From contig JBBQGO010000001.1 in the NCBI GenBank assembly GCA_038323125.1, positions 1-25,557 on the forward strand: DNA of 25,557 bases. Reading direction: 5' to 3'. The notes under the pieces are model-generated. The model was not told the origin of the DNA, made no database searches, and saw only the letters and a list, made by a program, of their open reading frames with translations. Shown here one piece after another: positions 16,629 to 23,749 of this stretch; the first letter of the stretch is position 1, and each line of letters opens with the position of its first letter. Position numbers and translations under genes: made by a program. Origin of the DNA: Pyrinomonadales bacterium (GTDB lineage Bacteria; Acidobacteriota; Blastocatellia; Pyrinomonadales; Pyrinomonadaceae).

Positions 16629-17784
16629 AAATCGCATTACCTGCGGCGTGACCGGACGCCCACGCCCACTGGAAGTTGTAGCCGCCCAGCCAACCCGTAA
16701 CATCTACCACCTCACCGATCATATACAGGCCCGGCACCCGTTTCGACCCCATCGTTTGGGACGAGAGTTCATCGGTCGACACCCCGCCTAACGTCACCTC
16801 CGCACGGTCATACCCCTCGGTTTTTCGAAATTGTACATTCCAGCTGTTTATCGCCATGCCCATGCCTTGGATCTCTTTCGGTTCAAGTTTGGCAAGAGGC
16901 TTGGTTGGAAAGTTGCGTTCTGCAAATCCACGGGCAAAACTCTGTGGGAGAAACTGGCTCAGATAGTTGTTGGGTGTTTGTCGGCTCGCACGGGCATTTG
17001 ACAGCAATTCCGCGGCGTCTTTGTCCGGCAACAGGTCGATCGAGACTGGTTCGCCGCGCTGCCAGTAATTCGAGATCTGGAGGATCGCCGGGCCTGAAAG
17101 ACCGGTATGGGTAAAGAGGATGTTTTCACGAAAACGCTGTCCCCGAGTTTTTACCGCTGCGTCCACTGTTACGCCGGCAAGTTCTCTATAGCTTTCGCCT
17201 TCGAGCACCATAGCCACAAGCGAAGGACGCGTTTCGGTAACTTTGAGTCCGAATTGCCGCGCCGCCCGATATCCGAGGTCTGTCGCCCCGATCTTTGGGA
17301 AAGAAAGACCTCCGGCGGCGATCACAAGTTGGTTAGCCTCAAATCGGCCTCGGTCGGTCTCGACCCTGAAAGCATCGCCCTTAGTGATCTCGGTGACCGT
17401 ACATCCGGTCTTAACTTCAACGCGGGCTCTACGACATTCTGCAAGCAGCATTTCGACGATCGACCGCGAACTCTCGCGACAGAATAACTGGCCCAGCTTT
17501 TTTTCGAAATAAGCGATCTTATGCTTTTTGACCAGATCGATAAAATCCTGAGGCGTAAAACGCGACAGGGCTGACTTACAAAAGTGAGGATTTTGCGAAA
17601 GGAAATTCTCGGGTGTTGTGTGGATATTTGTGAAGTTGCAGCGGCCGCCGCCCGAAATCAAGATCTTTCTACCGGCCTCAGCGTTTCGTTCGATCACAAG
17701 GACACGCCGTCCGCGGCCCCCCGCCGTCATCGCACAAAAGAGCCCGGCCGCACCACCGCCTATAATGATCGCGTCGTACCTCAC
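16627..17784 (-). CDS. HI0933/YhiN-family FAD-dependent oxidoreductase
   Basis: IIIGGGAAG Rossmann motif, GRKILISGGGRCNFTN, LFTHTGLSGPAIL, VTLGGV and GEVVDVTGWLGGYNFQWAWASG. Confidence 0.93.
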   Translation of the reverse strand: MRYDAIIIGGGAAGLFCAMTAGGRGRRVLVIERNAEAGRKILISGGGRCNFTNIHTTPENFLSQNPHFCKSALSRFTPQDFIDLVKKHKIAYFEKKLGQLFCRESSRSIVEMLLAECRRARVEVKTGCTVTEITKGDAFRVETDRGRFEANQLVIAAGGLSFPKIGATDLGYRAARQFGLKVTETRPSLVAMVLEGESYRELAGVTVDAAVKTRGQRFRENILFTHTGLSGPAILQISNYWQRGEPVSIDLLPDKDAAELLSNARASRQTPNNYLSQFLPQSFARGFAERNFPTKPLAKLEPKEIQGMGMAINSWNVQFRKTEGYDRAEVTLGGVSTDELSSQTMGSKRVPGLYMIGEVVDVTGWLGGYNFQWAWASGHAAGNAI

Positions 17785-17811
17785 TGCTGATATATGTTCA
17801 ACTTTAATGAG

Positions 17812-18330
17812 TTAGGTGCTGCCAAAGTAGCGCTCGTTCAGTATGTTGATGTGATGCTTAACATGCCCCGCCATGATATATGCGAGGGCTCGTACGGAAA
17901 CGGCCTTTCCGCTCGCCGTTCCCAAACGTCGGGCTGCCTCGGGTGAGAGATTGTTAAACATCAGCATGTTGGCCCGGCGCAGGAGGTCGAACTCGGTGAT
18001 CAGGTCGGCAAAGGACCGGTTGTCGGCGTTTGAATTCTCGATATACCCATCCTGTTCAAAACCTTCGATCGGTGTTGTGTCGCCGCGTGAGATGCGGAGG
18101 ATGCGGTAAGCAAACATTCGCTCGCCATCGATAATGTGGCTGAGCAGTTCCTTAATGGTCCATTTACCCACATCGTACGCAAATATGCCGCGTTCTTCCG
18201 GCACGTTCACAAACAGCGCGTTCAACTCGGACGGCTGTTTATCCAAGATAGGCAGCACATTATCACCAGAGATCAGCGAGACGTAGGTGCTGTAGTAGGG
18301 ATCAAACTCATCGGTGTCAGGTCGCATCAT
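17812..18330 (-). CDS. DinB/YfiT-family protein
   Basis: GKWTIKELLSHIIDGER, GFEQD and AGHVKHH (His triad). Start moved to ATG 18330. Confidence 0.9.
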   Translation of the reverse strand: MMRPDTDEFDPYYSTYVSLISGDNVLPILDKQPSELNALFVNVPEERGIFAYDVGKWTIKELLSHIIDGERMFAYRILRISRGDTTPIEGFEQDGYIENSNADNRSFADLITEFDLLRRANMLMFNNLSPEAARRLGTASGKAVSVRALAYIMAGHVKHHINILNERYFGST

Positions 18331-18363
18331 AATGCGGTATAGTAACAATAGTCAGTTAATAAT

Positions 18364-18381
18364 GCTCTCTCGGCTCTCTCG
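18364..18381 (+). repeat. 9-bp tandem repeat GCTCTCTCG x2
   Basis: Read directly between the divergent DinB and PliG-like genes. Confidence 0.7.
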
Positions 18382-18395
18382 AAAGCCTGTACGTT

Positions 18396-18779
18396 GTGAA
18401 ATCGATTTTACTGATTCTGTTTTTAACCCTCTGCGCTCTTACCATCTTGGGTCAGGGCGGTAAGGCTGAACCTAACCGAATAGTTTTTGTGCCTCACACT
18501 TCGAGTGCGGCCGTAAGCGGAAGGCTCTCAAACGGGCAGGAGATGGATTATGTCTTTGCGGCCCGGGCGGGTCAGACCGTCGTGATCAAAAACAACAAAC
18601 CCTCGCTTTCCGATTTCCGCGTATTTCATAGCCCGGCGGATTTTGAAACTGAGTTTGAAAGCTCGCCAACGCTTACCTTTGAGGTGCCCGAGACGGGAGA
18701 TTATATGTTTATTGTTCGAAAGAAGCAGGTAAGGGCGCCGCGGAGTGCGCGGTTCTCATTAACGCTGTCGATCAAATAG
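18396..18779 (+). CDS. Secreted PliG-like (g-type lysozyme inhibitor-like) beta-sandwich protein
   Basis: Signal peptide. IVF...SSAAVSGRL...DYVFAARAGQTV, FEVPETGDYMFIV and FSLTLSIK parallel E. coli PliG as recalled (VEF...SSAQYSGEI...YTFYAKKGQKV; YSLPASGKYELRV; YNVDIQIK). Confidence 0.6.
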   Translation: MKSILLILFLTLCALTILGQGGKAEPNRIVFVPHTSSAAVSGRLSNGQEMDYVFAARAGQTVVIKNNKPSLSDFRVFHSPADFETEFESSPTLTFEVPETGDYMFIVRKKQVRAPRSARFSLTLSIK

Positions 18780-18808
18780 TACTGGCATTACTTTACATGG
18801 AGATATTT

Positions 18809-19504
18809 ATGAAACGAACATCATTGTTAATAGGAATTGCATTTATTGCATTTGTGATGCTATCGCAAAGCGGAACACAGGCGGTCAGCCCGACCTTTGC
18901 CGACAGGTTTGCTGGCGGTACGGCTGCTTCTGGAGGATCGGGTGTATATCAGTTTGATAAAGCCCATAGCTTTATCGGCTTCAAGGTGCGTCATATGGGG
19001 CTCATCGAGGTTCCCGGCTACTTTCGTGATTTTACCGGCACGGTGAACTACGACGCCAAGGATGTGTCGAGATCGACTGTGGAATTTACGGCTCAGGCGA
19101 CCAGCGTTGATACCGGCGTTGGCAAGCGGGACGACCACTTACGCACAGCTGATTTCTTTGAGGCCGAAAAATATCCTACGATCACGTTTAAGAGCACTAA
19201 GGTTGAAAAGAAAGGAAATGCCTGGATGCTGTCGGGCGACTTTACGATGAAGGGCGTCACGCGATCGATCACCTTCCCGTTTGAGATAGCGGGATGGCTG
19301 CCGGCCTCTGAGAAGAGCGGCGGCACCATGGGCATAGCCGCTGAGACGAAGATCAATCGCCGTGATTATGGGGTTAATTACGGAACGACCTTGCCCGGAG
19401 GAGTTGCCGCCCTGTCGGACGACGTGACTATCGTTCTACAGATCGAGGCACCTATGATGATGAAAAAAGAACCGGCTGCGGCTGCGGCACTGTCTGCCGA
19501 TTAA
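18809..19504 (+). CDS. Exported YceI-family lipid/polyisoprenoid-binding protein
   Basis: SD GGAG and signal peptide; YQFDKAHSFIGFKVRH, SVDTGVGKRDDHLRTADFF and TKINRRDYG motifs. Confidence 0.92.
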   Translation: MKRTSLLIGIAFIAFVMLSQSGTQAVSPTFADRFAGGTAASGGSGVYQFDKAHSFIGFKVRHMGLIEVPGYFRDFTGTVNYDAKDVSRSTVEFTAQATSVDTGVGKRDDHLRTADFFEAEKYPTITFKSTKVEKKGNAWMLSGDFTMKGVTRSITFPFEIAGWLPASEKSGGTMGIAAETKINRRDYGVNYGTTLPGGVAALSDDVTIVLQIEAPMMMKKEPAAAAALSAD

Positions 19505-19515
19505 ACGAAATAAAC

Positions 19516-19553
19516 GGGCAGAGATGAACTTTTAATTCGTCCTGCCCTTTTTT
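19516..19553 (+). terminator. Rho-independent terminator of the YceI gene, overlapping the 3' end of the dipeptidase gene
   Basis: GGGCAG-A-GATGAA...TTCGTC-CTGCCC followed by TTTTTT. Confidence 0.7.
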
Positions 19554-20227
19554 GCGCCTGCCTGCTTATCGATATCCGCGACGGCGATGTCATATATGGC
19601 GTAGCGCTTCCAGCTTTTGTAATCGAAATGCCACCATTCGTTAGGATTAACCATAAACCCCTCCGCTTCCATAAGCCTGCGCAGCAAGTCACGGTTTCCG
19701 CGCTCCTAGGTGGTTCCGCCTTTATAATCAGGTGACGCGCGCTCTGTAAATTCGTCATAATCGGACGGCATCGGAAGCGGATCGCCGCTTTTAAGGTCAT
19801 AGATACCCAGATCGACCGCACAACCTCGATTATGCTGTGATCCCCGTGCCGGATCGGCAACAAACTTTCTCTGGTCACTAGGAACCACATCCCAGAATAA
19901 TTTTGTGATCGACCACGGCCTGTAACCGTCATAAATAACAAGCCCATAACCCTTTTTTCTGAGTGTGTCGTGAACGCGGACAACAGCCCTTGCGGCATCA
20001 AGCTGTAAAAATGCACGCGCCTCGGGATAAACCGCACGGCCGACAAAGTTGTCGGCCGTGGCATACCGGATATCAAGTTTTAGGGTGTCGTCGAGTTTTG
20101 TGAGTTCGATCAAATTTGCCCCTCGCTTGTTTGATTCATTGGGCGGCCCAAATTGAGCTTGAGCACAGTAAAAGAGAATAAGGCAAAACGCGCATAGAGC
20201 AAATACTTTCGTGGGATTTAGGTGCAT
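19532..20227 (-). pseudogene. VanX/DdpX-family (M15D) D-Ala-D-Ala dipeptidase interrupted by an in-frame TAG at 19706-19708
   Basis: LDIRYATADNF, YDGYRP and SQHNRGCAVD precede the TAG. The same frame continues for 57 codons (ERGNRDLLRRLMEAEGFMVNPNEWWHFDY...) to TAA at 19532. Start placed at ATG 20227. Confidence 0.9.
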
Positions 20228-20288
20228 CGAGTTCGAAATCAAGATCACTGGGGACCGCGCCCGCCGCAACCGGTTTGCCTCCGAAGTA

Positions 20289-21335
20289 TCATTCAGGCTC
20301 GGGCAATATATCTTCATCAAGGATCTTTACATCGGTTCCGTACTTTTGATAATCGCGGAATCGTATGACATTCCGCGTTTCCCATGTTCTTGCCTTTTCC
20401 CTGAGCGTCAACCGCACGTCGGATAATGAAGGCATCAGATATCGTTCCTCATCGATCGTGATCCAATCATAATCGATCGTTCGCCGGGCCGTCCTAACCG
20501 GAAAGTTTGCAGGTATCTCGGTTGCTTCGCTTTCGATCCGCAAAACGCGTGCATCCTCACGATCGATCCAAAGGCGTCCTTTCATGCCCGAAACGGTCGA
20601 ATCGGTGGAATAACCCACGGCGGTGATCACCTGTTTTGCGCGGTCACGCTCCACCGAAAAATCAAATACGAGCGACGGCCGGCCGCGAAGCAGATCGGTA
20701 TCGATTAGATCGAACCTGGTCTTGCTCTCGGGCCGAAAGATCGTGGCGAGTACGGTGACAAATTCACCGGTTGAACTCGTTCCGCCGACCTCTTCGTAGC
20801 TTCTCTTTAACTCGGATTCGGGTTGCGGCTGGCCATTGCGCGACAGCACACGGTAGTTTTCTTCACCGGAAACACGATAGCTGGCCGCGACCACCAGGCG
20901 GTCAAGATTGCGAAAGTTGTTAGTACCCGCATAGGCAACTGACCGCTGGATCTGTTGCTTAACGACAAAATCGGGCATGTCGCCTAAGGCATCGAGGGTG
21001 TTTTTCGTCGTAATTCTGAGGGCATCGCCCGCCTCTTTCTCAGAAGGAAGCTTGACTGTGCCGGGATTCTGACGACGCCGGTCCGCTTCCTCCAGAGCAC
21101 GTTTCAATTCTTCGTCATTAGAGCCCTTAGACCGGGTCAGGCTTCGAAGCCCGTCGGTCAGTACAAAGTCGATGCCGCGCTTACGAAGGGCTTCGACCAG
21201 GGCGGGCTTGGCGCCTGCGTCACTGGGAAGCGTGTAGAGGATCTTCACATATTCAGCCTGAGAAAGAGGCTTTTCCTGTCCAAAACCGAACTGCACCAAC
21301 GCGGAGATAACTAAAATAAAAACGATATGTTTCAT
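20289..21335 (-). CDS. Secreted hypothetical protein (helical N-domain and beta-rich C-domain)
   Basis: Signal peptide MKHIVFILVISALVQFGFG; 348-aa clean ORF. No function recognised. Confidence 0.8.
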   Translation of the reverse strand: MKHIVFILVISALVQFGFGQEKPLSQAEYVKILYTLPSDAGAKPALVEALRKRGIDFVLTDGLRSLTRSKGSNDEELKRALEEADRRRQNPGTVKLPSEKEAGDALRITTKNTLDALGDMPDFVVKQQIQRSVAYAGTNNFRNLDRLVVAASYRVSGEENYRVLSRNGQPQPESELKRSYEEVGGTSSTGEFVTVLATIFRPESKTRFDLIDTDLLRGRPSLVFDFSVERDRAKQVITAVGYSTDSTVSGMKGRLWIDREDARVLRIESEATEIPANFPVRTARRTIDYDWITIDEERYLMPSLSDVRLTLREKARTWETRNVIRFRDYQKYGTDVKILDEDILPEPE

Positions 21336-21419
21336 CTCTTTAACTGATGCCCGGTTACCTTCAAACGTTGGTTAGGCACACCCTTATCGTCACACGGCCG
21401 CAAGATCCTCGATCGGTTG

Positions 21420-23324
21420 TTATCTGCTTCTTGAGTTCCACTCGAGGCGTGTCGGCAGTTGAGGGTCGAGTTGGGTCGCTCGCTGAAAGTGTTTTTGGGC
21501 CATTTCGTTCATTCCGACATTCTGCAAACGTAGACCGACCATCCAGTGGAATCGCGCATCCGCGGGAGTCGACTGATCTGCCTGTTTTTCGTATGCTGAC
21601 GCCGCTTCTGCGTTACCGATTGATGAGGCCGCCCCGGATAGATAATAATTGGACAGAACGAGGCCGGGGTTGCGATCGACAGTGTCAGTCCATGCCTTGA
21701 CAGCTTCCTGCTTTCGGCCCAATTGCCAAAGCGCCTCACCGGTTTCTTCGCGAGCCAGGATCAGGTCCGGCCGCTCGGCCAGTGCATGGCCCAAACTCGT
21801 GGCCGCCTGGTCATAACGCCCAAGGCGATTCAGGATCGCACCGCGGTAATAGAAACTCAGGGCCCTGGCTTGTCCATCTTGATTTGCAGCCGACTCGCTG
21901 AGCAGCCGTAATGCTTCTTCTGCGTCACCGGAGAGGTATTTGAGCCACGCATGTTTAGATAAAGCATGACTGTTAACGAACAAGCCCGCCCTGGACGCCG
22001 AGTCGAAATGCCTGGTTCCGTCAGCAAGGTTTTTTCGATCTGCAGGGCCTAACCACTGGGCGGCATTTGATTGGGCAAGCGCCAACTCGTCAGGGATCTG
22101 AACGTTTTCATATGCCAGGGTACCTGCACGCTCGTGATAACGCACCCAACCGCTGTGTGCATTTAAGCCTATCCAAAGCACGGCGAAACTTAGAAATGCC
22201 CATCCGGCCCTCTTCATCGCGCCGGACGATTTTAAACTATAGCCGTAAAAGGCCAGGTCGCTGGCCTGAGCCAACCTTAGGGTCCTGAGTGCAAGAAACG
22301 TGGTTACAGTAGCGATTCCGAGCGCCATCAACATCGGAACGAGCTGGTACACGTCCCAAACGGCCAGAAAGCTCACAAAAAATGTTGCGGCGCCAAACGC
22401 TTCTTCCGGCCAGGCCAGGGAATAACTCTTCGCTGTCGACTTCGGTACAGAGAGTGCCGTTTTCCCAAAACCGAAATACAATGCGTCATTAGGGCACACG
22501 CTTATACAGTCCATGCATTTCATACATCCGGGATCGACGACCATTCCGAACTGCTTGACCTCAGCGTGTACCAAGACATTTGAGGTGCAAGTGGCCGTGC
22601 AATGCCCGCACTGATTGCAGGCGTCTGTGACGCGGATCCTTCCCGGAGCCGCCTTGTCGGCAAGGCCGAAAAAACCTCCATACGGACAAGCGTACGTGCA
22701 AAAACCCTTGGATCCGAGAAAATAGACTGTAACGAATCCGCAGATAAACAAAAATGGGATCGCCACCGCGACAGAAGGAAAAGTTCCCCAAAAATCGCTG
22801 GTGATCAAATGGTTTGTGAACTGCGGGATCAAAGGCTCGTCCGGAGGCTTTGCAATGAAACGAGCAACCGTGGGCCAAACGAACATATACAGAGCCACAA
22901 TGAGGGGGACAAAGACGAGCAGACGCGACCGAAACGGCTTAGGCTTAAGTCCCGCCTTTTTCAACAGCCAGGCGCAGAAATCCTGTAGGGCTACCAAATG
23001 ACAGGCCCAACCGCAGACAAAGCGGCCGAAGATTAGCGTAGCCAAAATCGCCAGGCTAAAAAAGATCATCCCTGCATTGATCGCACCCGTCTGAAGCGTA
23101 TGCATGGCCTCGGATGGTTCGATAGGCGTAATGGTCTCGCCCATCAGCCGCCATTGAACGATGTGGGCGATCATCAGGACGTGAAGGACGATCAGAGCGA
23201 TGGCTCGCCAGCGACTCGTCTTCGACTTGCGAATGCCGTCTTTAGGAGGAGGCACATTCTTGAGGACAGGTAGCTGAATAGACCGCGGAACGGACACTTC
23301 CTTGTTTTCACAACCACTTTTCAT
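21420..23324 (-). CDS. Membrane polyferredoxin (NapH/RdxA/CcoG-like) fused to a C-terminal TPR domain
   Basis: FGRFVCGWACH and FCTYACPYG motifs; two 4Fe-4S motifs (CNQCGHCTATC, CMKCMDCISVCP); several TM helices; TPR-like repeats (YYRGAILNRLGRYDQA, GEALWQLGRKQEA, GLRLQNVGMNEMAQKHF). Confidence 0.85.
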   Translation of the reverse strand: MKSGCENKEVSVPRSIQLPVLKNVPPPKDGIRKSKTSRWRAIALIVLHVLMIAHIVQWRLMGETITPIEPSEAMHTLQTGAINAGMIFFSLAILATLIFGRFVCGWACHLVALQDFCAWLLKKAGLKPKPFRSRLLVFVPLIVALYMFVWPTVARFIAKPPDEPLIPQFTNHLITSDFWGTFPSVAVAIPFLFICGFVTVYFLGSKGFCTYACPYGGFFGLADKAAPGRIRVTDACNQCGHCTATCTSNVLVHAEVKQFGMVVDPGCMKCMDCISVCPNDALYFGFGKTALSVPKSTAKSYSLAWPEEAFGAATFFVSFLAVWDVYQLVPMLMALGIATVTTFLALRTLRLAQASDLAFYGYSLKSSGAMKRAGWAFLSFAVLWIGLNAHSGWVRYHERAGTLAYENVQIPDELALAQSNAAQWLGPADRKNLADGTRHFDSASRAGLFVNSHALSKHAWLKYLSGDAEEALRLLSESAANQDGQARALSFYYRGAILNRLGRYDQAATSLGHALAERPDLILAREETGEALWQLGRKQEAVKAWTDTVDRNPGLVLSNYYLSGAASSIGNAEAASAYEKQADQSTPADARFHWMVGLRLQNVGMNEMAQKHFQRATQLDPQLPTRLEWNSRSR

Positions 23325-23627
23325 GCTTTGCTACGTGCCTCATCGAAATGCCAACTAGTGATCGATGACCTGCCCTTAAGGAATCTATATCCAAGGCCGT
23401 CAAATCCGGGGTTTAGATATTGCTTAGTCCGTGAGGTAAATCTCAAGCAGGGCGGAGCTTTCCCATACCAGTATGATTCGGGCCCTGTCATTATAGTTTG
23501 AATCATTCGGTGAACAGGCTCAAGCGGAGACGATGGTAGGCGCATGTAAGTGCTCTGCGTTGGCGTGCGGTAGAGCACCGTCGTGCTAATTAATATGATG
23601 TGTGTTTTGAAGATTAACGCGCATTTA

Positions 23628-23656
23628 TTGACTTCGGCCCTTGTGTAGTTTAAAAT
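23628..23656 (+). promoter_or_regulatory. Sigma70-type promoter for the large secreted protein
   Basis: TTGACT (23628-23633), 17 nt, TAAAAT (23651-23656); SD AGGAG at 23734-23738. Confidence 0.75.
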
Positions 23657-23749
23657 CAGAGACCATTTCCCGAGAAATAAAGTTGGTCATACGCTGCACC
23701 TTACGGGCTTAGAGGCCGAGATTAAAAACCAGTAGGAGTTAAAGAAATA

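Noticed and set aside
19706-19708. Pyrrolysine or genome-wide TAG recoding
   Set aside because: Many genes here (mrdA, rodA, PBP1A, lipB and others) end in TAG at expected lengths, and no pyl genes are visible.
19501-20076. 191-aa minus-strand ORF overlapping the dipeptidase
   Set aside because: It is in a different frame with no recognisable motifs. The real dipeptidase C-terminus is in frame after the TAG, so no frameshift is needed.
23321-23578. 85-aa ORF upstream of the polyferredoxin gene
   Set aside because: GTG start with no SD and no motifs; more likely promoter/leader DNA.
23531-23583. Alternative hairpins (GTGCTCT/AGAGCAC and CGATGGT/ACCGTCG) as a riboswitch
   Set aside because: The stems are short and GC-rich, and I recognise no aptamer consensus.
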